From contig CANQIB010000007.1 in assembly GCA_947623915.1 (NCBI GenBank), positions 4,583-68,582 on the forward strand: a stretch of 64,000 bases of DNA, written 5' to 3'. The position numbers were made by a program, and so were the translations under genes. The DNA comes from an uncultured Ruminiclostridium sp. (GTDB lineage: Bacteria > Bacillota > Clostridia > Oscillospirales > Ruminococcaceae). A model generated the notes under the pieces. That model saw nothing but the letters and a program-made list of their open reading frames with translations, did not search any database and had not been told where the DNA came from. The first letter of the stretch is position 1; every line of letters starts with the position of its first letter. This document shows, in pieces, positions 9,167 to 17,777 of this stretch.

Positions 9167-11239
9167 TTATCCCTCGTACTCGGAGAATTTGGGAGCGTTG
9201 GCTATTACCGACTCCTCCAGCGCCTGCGGGAGCAGCTCATAGCGGTCAAATTCAGCGGTAAAGTATCCCATGCCGCGTGTTATCTGACGAATGACCGTCG
9301 CAAGGTCGGTTATCTCCGCCTGCGGTATCTGCGCCTGCAAGACCGTCATGCCCTTTTCCTCCTCGGACGGGTTCATACCCAGTACCGTGCCTCTGCGCTT
9401 ATTTATTACCGTCATTATATCGCCTGTGCTTGCGTCGTCCAGCGTTATGGTCACGCTGCAAATAGGCTCAAGCAGGCAGGGAGAAGCGTTTACAAGTCCG
9501 TTCTTATACGCTATATGCGCCGCCATTTTGAACGCCTGCTCCGAGCTGTCAACGGGATGGTAGGAGCCGTCAAGCAGCGTCGCTTTGAGATTTACGACGG
9601 GATAGCCCGCAAGCACGCCATGCGCGGTGCTTTCCTGCAAGCCCTTTTCCACAGCCGGAAAATAGTTCTTTGGTACGCTGCCGCCGAACACCTTTTCCTC
9701 AAATACCAGCGTGTCGCTCTCGCAAGGCTCGAAATCTATCTTGACATGACCGTACTGACCGTGACCGCCCGACTGTTTCTTATGCTTGCCCTCGGCGGAA
9801 ACTTTTTTCCGTATGGATTCGCGGTACGCGATACGCGGGTCGGATACCTCCACCTCCACGCCGAATTTGGTCTTCATTTTAGCGACCGCCGCGTCAAGGT
9901 GCTGCTCTCCCAAGCCGCCCAGTATACGCTGATGCGTTTCATGATTATGATAATAATTAAGGGTGTGATCCTCTTCCAGCATACGCTGGATAGCGTTGCT
10001 TATCTTGCCCTCGTCGTTCTTGTTCTTTGCGGCAACGGCTTTGAAGTAGCAAGCGGTGGGGAATACCTCGCGCGCGAATACAACGTCGTTTCCCGCAGCG
10101 GTAAGGGTATCGCCGGTATTTGCCGACAGCTTGGTCACCGCCACGATGTCGCCCGCATACGCCTCTACCATTTCCTCGGACTTCTTGCCCTGAAGCGCAA
10201 GCAGCTTGCCGAGTCTTTCGGTCTGACCGTTAGCCTGATTGTAAACGTCCGAGCCCGCCGCCAACGTGCCGGTAACTACCTTTACATAGTTCATCTTTCC
10301 TACGAACGGGTCGGCAACGGTTTTGAACACCTTTGCCGCAAGCGGCTTGTTCTCGTCGTATTCCAGCTTTCCGCCGTCCTCCAGCGGCTCTCCGCCGCGC
10401 TCGTCGGGGCTGGGAAGCATATATATTATGGTGTCGAGCATCATATCTATACCCGCAAGGGTATCGCCGGAGCAGCATACAACGGGAGTGATGTCTCCGT
10501 TATGTATGCCGTCATGCAGACCTTTTATCAGCTCCGCCTCGGTAAAATCCTCGCCCTCGTTTTCAAAATACCTCATCATAAGGTCTTCGTCGGTTTCCGC
10601 TACCGCCTCCGCCATAGCGGCGCGCAGACCTTTAAGGCGGTTTTCCGACGCCGGCATCTCCACCTCGGTGGGAACGCCGTTGTCGTATGTGTAAGCCTTC
10701 ATCTCAAGCAGGTTTATATAGCTTTCCACCGTGCCGTATTTGTCGAAAGGTACGACTATCGGACAGATGGACGGACCGAATTCCGTCTTGAGCTCCTCAA
10801 GACATTTGTAGAAATTAGAGTTTTCCTCCTCCATTCTGGTGACTACGAACATGGTGGCTTTGCCGCGCTTTACCGCCTCACGGTACGCCTTGACGGTACC
10901 CACCTGTACGCCGTCCTTTGCGGGCAGAGTGATGACCGCGCTCTCCGCGGCGCTTATGCCCTCGTACATTCCCGCCGCAAAATCAAACTGACCCGGCGTG
11001 TCGAGAATGTTTATCTTTACGTCCTTCCATTGACAATAAGCCAACGCGGTGCTGAGTGAGATCTTTCTTTTTATTTCATCGGGATCGTAATCGCAGACGC
11101 TGCTGCCCTCGGATACCTTGCCCATTCTGTCGATCTCTTTGCATTTATACAGCAGACCTTCGGCGACGGAAGTCTTGCCGCTGCCTCCGTGTCCGCACAA
11201 CGCAATGTTACGGATATTTTTGCATTTGTAGGTTTTCAT
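9167..11239 (-). CDS. Elongation factor G-like protein (EF-G2 paralogue)
   Basis: GHGGSGKT P-loop, DTPG, KHKKQSGGHGQYG and GSYHPVDSS domain IV motifs; start moved to ATG 11239 behind AAAGGA RBS. Confidence 0.9.
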   Translation of the reverse strand: MKTYKCKNIRNIALCGHGGSGKTSVAEGLLYKCKEIDRMGKVSEGSSVCDYDPDEIKRKISLSTALAYCQWKDVKINILDTPGQFDFAAGMYEGISAAESAVITLPAKDGVQVGTVKAYREAVKRGKATMFVVTRMEEENSNFYKCLEELKTEFGPSICPIVVPFDKYGTVESYINLLEMKAYTYDNGVPTEVEMPASENRLKGLRAAMAEAVAETDEDLMMRYFENEGEDFTEAELIKGLHDGIHNGDITPVVCCSGDTLAGIDMMLDTIIYMLPSPDERGGEPLEDGGKLEYDENKPLAAKVFKTVADPFVGKMNYVKVVTGTLAAGSDVYNQANGQTERLGKLLALQGKKSEEMVEAYAGDIVAVTKLSANTGDTLTAAGNDVVFAREVFPTACYFKAVAAKNKNDEGKISNAIQRMLEEDHTLNYYHNHETHQRILGGLGEQHLDAAVAKMKTKFGVEVEVSDPRIAYRESIRKKVSAEGKHKKQSGGHGQYGHVKIDFEPCESDTLVFEEKVFGGSVPKNYFPAVEKGLQESTAHGVLAGYPVVNLKATLLDGSYHPVDSSEQAFKMAAHIAYKNGLVNASPCLLEPICSVTITLDDASTGDIMTVINKRRGTVLGMNPSEEEKGMTVLQAQIPQAEITDLATVIRQITRGMGYFTAEFDRYELLPQALEESVIANAPKFSEYEG

Positions 11240-11281
11240 AAAAACCCGTCCTTTCATAAGCGATAATTTAGGGATAATTAC

Positions 11282-11310
11282 ATTATATACTGAAATTCTT
11301 AAAAAAACAA
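11282..11310 (-). promoter_or_regulatory. sigma-A promoter TTGTTT-N17-TATAAT for the EF-G-like gene
   Basis: Hexamers at 11310-11305 and 11287-11282. Confidence 0.6.
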
Positions 11311-11464
11311 TGCCTTTTTCGTGAAATCTGAAATATTTGTGTAGAAAAATTCAGATTGATTTTGTGCAAGTTGCATAATCGGCTGTGGGTGACGTAAGTT
11401 TTGAGGTACAGCTCCGCCGTTTTATGCGGCTCGACGTCGGGAAAAGGATTTTCTTAAATAAATA

Positions 11465-11493
11465 TTGCATTTTTGACCTGTAAATGGTATACT
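11465..11493 (+). promoter_or_regulatory. sigma-A promoter TTGCAT-N17-TATACT for the P-type ATPase
   Basis: Hexamers at 11465-11470 and 11488-11493 with TG extension; implies the track start at 11473 is too early. Confidence 0.6.
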
Positions 11494-11538
11494 GTTAAGA
11501 GAAAACAGATTTTGCCTTTGGCAAAGAAAGCAGGCTCA

Positions 11539-13956
11539 ATGGAAGAATATACGACTGACACAAACAGCGGTCTGTCCTCGGCTCAGGTGCGTGAGCGCGC
11601 TCAAGCCGGTAAAATAAACGGCGACTTCAACATACCTAGCAAGTCCATAAAACAGATATTCAAGGACAACTGTCTGACGTTTTTCAATTTTATAAACATA
11701 GTGCTTGCCGCTTTTGTCGTTGCGGTAGGTTCTTTTAAAAACTGTCTTTTTCTCGGAGTCATCATCTGCAACACCGCTATCGGCATATTTCAGGAGATAC
11801 GCTCAAAGCGGGCGGTGGATAAGCTCTCGCTTATTTCCGCGCCGAAAGCCTCGGTGCTGCGCGACTCAAAGGAAGAGGTCATACCCGTAAGCGAGGTAGT
11901 GCTGGACGACCTTATCCTTTTAAAGGCGGGCAGTCAGATATGCGCCGACAGCCGCGTGCTGAGCGGCGAGCTGGAGGTAAACGAAAGCCTTATCACGGGA
12001 GAGAGCGACCCCGTTACCAAGCGCGAGGGGGACGAGCTGCTGTCCGGCTCTTTTGTGGTGAGCGGCGAGGCGAAAACCCAGGCGATAAGGATAGGCGGCG
12101 ACAATTACGCCAACAAGATAACCAGCGGCGCGAAATATATCAAAAAGAACAATTCCGAAATGCTGCGCTCTATAAACAACGTGCTTAAAGTGATAAGCGT
12201 ATGTATAATACCCATGATACTGCTGATGTTCGGCAAGGAGCTGCTGTTTACCGGCTCTACCTTTGCCGAAGCGGTAGTGGCTACGGTGTCCGCGATAATC
12301 GGCATGATACCCGAAGGGCTGGTGCTTATGGCGAGCATGGTAATGGCGGTAAGCGTTATAAGGCTTGCCACCCGCAAAACGCTGGCGCAGGACCTTTACT
12401 GTGTGGAAACGCTCGCGCGGGTAGACGTGCTTTGCCTTGACAAGACCGGCACGATAACCGAGGGCAGCATGGAAGTCACCGACGTTATCCCGCTTGACGG
12501 CAGCGACCCTGCCGATAAGATCACCGCGCTCATTTCGGTGCTGAACGACCAAAATCCGACCTATGCGGCGATAAAGGCGGCTTATCCCGACTTGTCCGCT
12601 CTTGAATGTATCGGCAGCATACCCTTTTCCTCCGCGAAAAAATGGAGCCTTGCGGAATTTAAGGGCAAGGGCACATACATAATGGGCGCGGCGGAATTTA
12701 TCCTTAAAGACAAGCTCTCCGACCGATTAAGAGAGATGATAGCCAAAGAGTCGGAGGGCGGCTACCGACTGATACTGATAGCCTGCTCCGACGGGCGTCC
12801 CGATTACGAAAAAAAGGAGCTGCCCGACGGCATACGGCCGGTCGCGCTGCTGAAAATAAGCGATAAGATAAGAAAAGAAGCTCCCGACACCCTCAGATTT
12901 TTTGCCGAACAGGGAGTGGATATACGGATAATCTCCGGCGACAATCCCGTCACGGTAGCGGGCGTGGCAAAGCGCGCCGGACTTGCCGACTATGACAAGT
13001 TCGTTGATATGTCGCTGATAAAGACCGATGAGCAGCTAGCCGAGGCGGTGCAAAAGTACAAGATATTCGGACGCGTCACCCCCGACCAAAAGCTGGGGCT
13101 GGTAAAGGCGCTGAAAGCGCAGGGGCACACCGTTGCCATGACAGGCGACGGCGTAAACGACGTACTGGCGCTTAAAGAATCCGACTGCTCGATAGCCATG
13201 CAGTCGGGCAGCGACGCGGCAAGGAACGTGTCAAATATCGTACTGCTGGATTCAAACTTTGCCTCCATGCCGAAGATAGTGGCGGAGGGACGGCGTTCGA
13301 TAAACAATATCGAGCGTTCGGGAACGCTGTTTTTGTATAAGACCGTGTATTCCTTTATTACCGCGCTGATGTTCTGCTTTGTACCGATAGGCTATCCTTT
13401 GCAGGCTATCCAGCTTACCCTGATAAACGTTTTCACCAACGGCATACCCTCTTTCCTGCTTGCGCTCGAACCGAACTTCAACATAGTAAAGGGGCGGTTC
13501 ATCGACAACGTACTGCCGCGCTCCGTCCTGTACGGACTGATAATCACGCTCAATTTCGTGATAATGTCCGCCGCCCGTCCGATACTTGACGGCTGCGGCT
13601 TTATGTCAAATCAGGAATTCGAGCCTTACGCCGGAACGGTGGCGATAGTCGCGATAGGCTTTGCGGCGTTCGTGGTGCTGTTCAAGGTCTGCCTGCCGCT
13701 AAAGCCGTGGAAGATAGGGCTGCTGGTATTCCTTGTGGGAGGGTTTTCGCTGGGAATGTATATTTTCCGAGATCTTCTGCTCGACCTCAGGGCGCTGCCC
13801 GCGGCGCCGCTCACGGTGCTGTTCATATGTATGGGCGCAACGCTGCTGTTCACCGTGATAATCAGCATATACGAGCGACGGCTCACCGAATTTATACTTA
13901 AATTGCAAAGAAAGGCGGGAGCGCTGTTCGGCAGAAAAAAACAGCCGCAGCACTAA
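11539..13956 (+). CDS. Cation-transporting P-type ATPase
   Basis: TGES, IPEGL, DKTGT, GDGVND motifs; start uncertain (11539 chosen). Confidence 0.92.
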   Translation: MEEYTTDTNSGLSSAQVRERAQAGKINGDFNIPSKSIKQIFKDNCLTFFNFINIVLAAFVVAVGSFKNCLFLGVIICNTAIGIFQEIRSKRAVDKLSLISAPKASVLRDSKEEVIPVSEVVLDDLILLKAGSQICADSRVLSGELEVNESLITGESDPVTKREGDELLSGSFVVSGEAKTQAIRIGGDNYANKITSGAKYIKKNNSEMLRSINNVLKVISVCIIPMILLMFGKELLFTGSTFAEAVVATVSAIIGMIPEGLVLMASMVMAVSVIRLATRKTLAQDLYCVETLARVDVLCLDKTGTITEGSMEVTDVIPLDGSDPADKITALISVLNDQNPTYAAIKAAYPDLSALECIGSIPFSSAKKWSLAEFKGKGTYIMGAAEFILKDKLSDRLREMIAKESEGGYRLILIACSDGRPDYEKKELPDGIRPVALLKISDKIRKEAPDTLRFFAEQGVDIRIISGDNPVTVAGVAKRAGLADYDKFVDMSLIKTDEQLAEAVQKYKIFGRVTPDQKLGLVKALKAQGHTVAMTGDGVNDVLALKESDCSIAMQSGSDAARNVSNIVLLDSNFASMPKIVAEGRRSINNIERSGTLFLYKTVYSFITALMFCFVPIGYPLQAIQLTLINVFTNGIPSFLLALEPNFNIVKGRFIDNVLPRSVLYGLIITLNFVIMSAARPILDGCGFMSNQEFEPYAGTVAIVAIGFAAFVVLFKVCLPLKPWKIGLLVFLVGGFSLGMYIFRDLLLDLRALPAAPLTVLFICMGATLLFTVIISIYERRLTEFILKLQRKAGALFGRKKQPQH

Positions 13957-13963
13957 ACGAAAT

Positions 13964-14401
13964 ATGTTGGTCGAAATATTCAGCGACGGCGCGTGCAGCC
14001 ATAATCCCGGCCCGGGAGGGTACGGCGCGATACTGCGCTGCAAGGGCCGCGAAAAGGAAATATCCGGCGGAGAAAAAAGCACCACCAACAACCGAATGGA
14101 GCTTATGGGGGTAATTGCCGCACTGTCGGAGCTTAAATATCCCTGCGAGGTAATACTCACCACCGACAGCAAATATGTGGTGGACAGCGTTACAAAAGGC
14201 TGGGTGTACAACTGGAAAAGAAACGGCTGGAAAAAGTCCGACCGTTCCCCCGCCCTGAATGTCGATCTTTGGGAAAAGCTGCTGGCGCTGCTGGACACCC
14301 ATAAGGTGACCTTTAAGTGGATAAAGGGACACGCGGGGCATGAGGAAAACGAGCGCTGCGACCGCCTCGCGGTCATGATGAGAGATAAATATTCGGAGTG
14401 A
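13964..14401 (+). CDS. rnhA: Ribonuclease HI
   Basis: [40 protein letters not shown]. Confidence 0.95.
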   Translation: MLVEIFSDGACSHNPGPGGYGAILRCKGREKEISGGEKSTTNNRMELMGVIAALSELKYPCEVILTTDSKYVVDSVTKGWVYNWKRNGWKKSDRSPALNVDLWEKLLALLDTHKVTFKWIKGHAGHEENERCDRLAVMMRDKYSE

Positions 14402-14431
14402 ACGCGCTTTTGCTTTGAGCGCGTAAATGCC

Positions 14432-14464
14432 GAAGCCCGATGCGAAAAGCATCGGGCTTCTTTT
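14432..14464. terminator. Bidirectional terminator between rnhA and the SASP gene
   Basis: GAAGCCCGATGC-GAAAA-GCATCGGGCTTC plus TTTT. Confidence 0.8.
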
Positions 14465-14480
14465 GTGTGTGCGTCAAATG

Positions 14481-14669
14481 TTACTTGTTGGCATTTTCGT
14501 AGGATTCGATCATTTTCTTGACCATCTGACCGCCGACGCTGCCTACCTGCTTAGCGGTAAGGTCGCCGTTATATCCGTTGTCCTTCAGAGGTACGCCTAC
14601 TTCGTTGGCAGCCTGCATTTTGATGCCGTTTAATGTTGCCTTGTTTCTGTTGCTGTTATTGCTGGACAT
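14481..14669 (-). CDS. Small acid-soluble spore protein, alpha/beta type
   Basis: KMQAANEVGV...NGDLTAKQVGSVGGQMVKKMI; start at 14669 behind GGAGG. Confidence 0.92.
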   Translation of the reverse strand: MSSNNSNRNKATLNGIKMQAANEVGVPLKDNGYNGDLTAKQVGSVGGQMVKKMIESYENANK

Positions 14670-14848
14670 ATCAATTTCCTCCATTTGATTGCGTTAATGC
14701 AATGTCTTTTGACCTTGCAAACTTATTATTTACGCGGTTTTTTGTTTTATTACTTGTAAAATTTGGCTAAAAATCGCCCGTAAAAACCGACTCCGATTAG
14801 ACTAAAGAAAAATTCATGACTATATTTTGCTTATTCGTGAAAAACCAG

Positions 14849-14878
14849 TTGACATATATTGACATAGGTTGATATAAT
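14849..14878 (+). promoter_or_regulatory. sigma-A promoter TTGACA-N18-TATAAT embedded in three 10-bp-phased repeats
   Basis: TTGACATATA TTGACATAGG TTGATATAAT. Confidence 0.65.
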
Positions 14879-14995
14879 TAAACGTTGATTGAAATAAACA
14901 TAATAACTTATTTTAAAAAATCAAAGATGGCGCACGCAGGCAAAAAGCAGCGGCCGCGACGGTAAAGGAGGCTCCGGCAAGTCGGAGTATGTGAG

Positions 14996-16307
14996 ATGAA
15001 AAGCTGGATACTGGTTATTGACGACGACACATCTAATCTTACAATGGCTAACAGCATACTTTCCGCGGAGGGTATGCGGGTGAGCTGTGTTAAATCCGGC
15101 AGCTCCGCAGTTAAATTTTTAAATTCCAACCGACCCGACCTTATACTTTTGGACGTACATATGACGGGAATGGACGGATTTGAGACCATGGCGGCTAGGC
15201 ATACGGGAGTCGAACCCAAGCCGCCCCACGGCGATGCCTTTGGGCGCTTTTCGTCCCTTTCGGCTTGACAGGCGCCAGCCTGCCTGCGCCTCAAGAAACA
15301 AAAATCACCTCAAATTCATTCGCCGTGGGGTGCATAGCAGTTTTTACGGAGCAGATTTTCGTCAAGACAAGGAAACCGAACGAAGACATACTCGCGTATG
15401 TCGAGTGAGGTTGACGCAGTATTGGCGGAAATATGCCCGTAAAAACCGGCTTGGGTTCAACTCCCGTATGCCTATCCGCGCAAACGAGGCGACTGCCGAT
15501 ATCCCCGTGATATTCCTTACCTCGGACGATGACAGCGACACCGAGACCAGAGGACTGGAAGCGGGCGCGATGGACTTTATAAAAAAGCCGTTCATACCCG
15601 ACGTTTTGCTGCAAAGGATAAATCACATCATCGAGCTTACACGGCTGCAAGCCGACCTTGCGCCCATGGATTATCGGGAAAACGACGAATGGACGGGATT
15701 TGACGCGGAGCTTGCCGCAGAGTTTGCAAAGGAGCTGGGCGTAACGCCGGAATTTGTCGAGATAAACTGGGACAAAAAGACGGAATTACTGGAAAACGGC
15801 AGTATCGACTGCATATGGAACGGCATGACGCTTACCGAGAAGATAAGCGCTCAGATAGACTGCTCGCAGCCGTATCTGCTCAATTCTCAGGTAATAGTTA
15901 TGTCCAAGGAGGACGCGTGGCAGTACGGCACTGCCGAAGAATGTCAGCACCTGCTGTTTGCCGTAGAGAAAAGCTCCTCCGCCGAGGCGCTGCTGTCGGA
16001 GATGAAATACCGCTACACCGCTTACCCGACTCAAAAGGACGCTTTGCAAAGCATAGTGGACAACAAATCGGACGCGGCGGTCATAGATATGGTCATGGCG
16101 GGCTACTATACGGCGAACAATCCCGAATTTTCCGACCTTGACTATCGGCTTTCGCTCAATGACGAAACGCTGGCGGTAGGCTTTAGGAAAGACTCCGACC
16201 TTAACGAAAAGGCGAACGCCTTTCTGTCGGAGGCGTTTTCGAGCGGTCTTTTACAAAAAACGGCGGAAAAATACGGGATAGCCGGCGCGCTGCCGGAAAG
16301 TCTGTAA
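14996..16307 (+). pseudogene. Response-regulator receiver fused to a family-3 solute-binding domain, frameshifted by a MITE; removing the 277-nt insert restores a 344-aa ORF
   Basis: WILVIDDD, LILLDVHM, GFETMAA | IRANEATADIPVIFLT, DFIKKP, then GFDAELA..INWDKK..IDCIWNGMT; 1312-277=1035 nt. Confidence 0.8.
15198..15472 (+). mobile_element. Repeat family B, copy 1: 275-bp MITE with about 26-bp TIRs and TA target duplication
   Basis: GGCATACGGGAGTCGAACCCAAGCCG ... CGGCTTGGGTTCAACTCCCGTATGCC flanked by TA at 15196-97 and 15473-74; the empty site reads GCG GCT ATC CGC (A-A-I-R). Confidence 0.9.
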
Positions 16308-16365
16308 CCATAAACAACAGGGACGCAAGCGTCCTCAGCCCTTACTGAAAGGAGCGGCTTAAAGC

Positions 16366-17748
16366 ATGAAAACCATACTTGTGGTAGACGACGACTACAT
16401 AAATCTCGCCACGACCAGAGAGGTACTCAGCAACGAATACAAGGTGATCCTTGTAAAGAAAGGCAGGCAGGCGATATCCTATCTGGAAAACGGAGAATGT
16501 GACATTATCCTGCTGGATATAAATATGCCGGAGATGGACGGCCTTGAGGTAATGCATAAGATACGGGAAATGGAGCAATGCCGCAGTATACCCGTGATAG
16601 TCCTGACAGGCGACAGCGATTCGGAAACGGAATCCCGCTGTCTTAAAGAGGGAGCGATAGACTTTATTGCAAAGCCGTTCGTACCCGCGGTCATGCTGTC
16701 AAGAATAGGCAGGATACTGGAGCTGGAGGATCTGCGGCGCAGCCTTGCGGACAGACTGGAGCAAAAGATACAGGAGCTGTCCGACATAAAGAGCAAAGCG
16801 CGGCGGGACGCTCTTACCGGCCTTTGGAACAGGGAGTATGCCGAGGAGGCGGTCGACAGCATGATGGGAAGCGGCATATCCGGCGCGCTCATGATGATGG
16901 ATATGGACAATTTCAAGCTGATAAACGACAATTACGGGCATATCGCGGGGGATAAAACGCTTAAAATGTTCGCGGACACTCTGCGCAAATTCTCCTCCGA
17001 CGGCGACGTGCTTTGCCGTATCGGCGGCGACGAGTTTATCGTTTTTGTAAAGGACGCCGTATCAAAATCTGAGCTGAGCGTCCGCGCCGCGGATATAATA
17101 AACGATATGAGCAACAAAATAAAAGAGGCGAACTACGAAACCAAATCCTCGGTGTCCGTCGGTATAGCCAAAGCGCCGGAGGACGGGACGGAATTTTCCA
17201 AGCTGTACAACGCCGCCGACAAAGCGCTTTACTATGTAAAGCAAAACGGCAAAAATTCCTACCACTTTTTCAGAGATAAGCTGGCCGCCGAGAAGGAGCG
17301 CAGCGAAAAGACCGTCGACCTTAAATATCTCAAGGAGCTGATGAACCGTGCCGACAGCGGACACGGCGCATATCAGATGGATTTCGACAGCTTTCATCAT
17401 GTGTATAACTTCATACGCCGTTTTGTAGACCGCAGCAAGCGCGACGTGCAGACGCTGCTGTTTACCGTCAGCGAAAGCGACAATTCACAGCTCGACGCCG
17501 CCGAAACGGATCTCGCGGTGGAAACTCTGGAAAATGCGATATATACCTCGCTTAGGCGTTCCGACATTTCAACCAGATATTCCAGCAGGCAGATAATAGT
17601 CATACTTATGGACGCAAACAGCGTAAACGGCGACATGGTAGCCAACCGCATAATCAGCAATTTCAACAAAATATACACCGGCAAAAGCGTAAATATCGAC
17701 TACGGTATAGCGCGTTTGGACAGCGAGTCGGAAAACGCGGCGGAATGA
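16366..17748 (+). CDS. Response regulator / diguanylate cyclase (REC + GGDEF + degenerate GGDEF-like tail)
   Basis: ILVVDDD, LLDINMPEMDG, DALTGLWNR, DMDNFKLINDNYGHIAGD, RIGGDEF. Confidence 0.92.
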   Translation: MKTILVVDDDYINLATTREVLSNEYKVILVKKGRQAISYLENGECDIILLDINMPEMDGLEVMHKIREMEQCRSIPVIVLTGDSDSETESRCLKEGAIDFIAKPFVPAVMLSRIGRILELEDLRRSLADRLEQKIQELSDIKSKARRDALTGLWNREYAEEAVDSMMGSGISGALMMMDMDNFKLINDNYGHIAGDKTLKMFADTLRKFSSDGDVLCRIGGDEFIVFVKDAVSKSELSVRAADIINDMSNKIKEANYETKSSVSVGIAKAPEDGTEFSKLYNAADKALYYVKQNGKNSYHFFRDKLAAEKERSEKTVDLKYLKELMNRADSGHGAYQMDFDSFHHVYNFIRRFVDRSKRDVQTLLFTVSESDNSQLDAAETDLAVETLENAIYTSLRRSDISTRYSSRQIIVILMDANSVNGDMVANRIISNFNKIYTGKSVNIDYGIARLDSESENAAE

Positions 17749-17777
17749 TACTTGCCTTTTGAAAGGAGGTTTCGGCG

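Noticed and set aside
9161-11059. 632-aa plus-strand ORF
   Set aside because: Antisense shadow of the EF-G-like gene; no RBS, no motifs, composition typical of reverse-frame reads
14925-14995. Possible c-di-GMP-I riboswitch (GGCAAA...GACG..AAAG..CTCCGG) upstream of the REC genes
   Set aside because: No GAAA-capped P2 stem or receptor; only scattered word matches. An Infernal scan would settle it
15180-15467. N-terminal 96 aa of the 375-aa track ORF
   Set aside because: Translation of the MITE in an alternative frame, not a genuine protein start
15451-15474. tRNA gene suggested by GGGTTCAACTCCC
   Set aside because: No D-arm, anticodon arm or acceptor 5' strand; it is part of a MITE TIR (reported as a finding instead)
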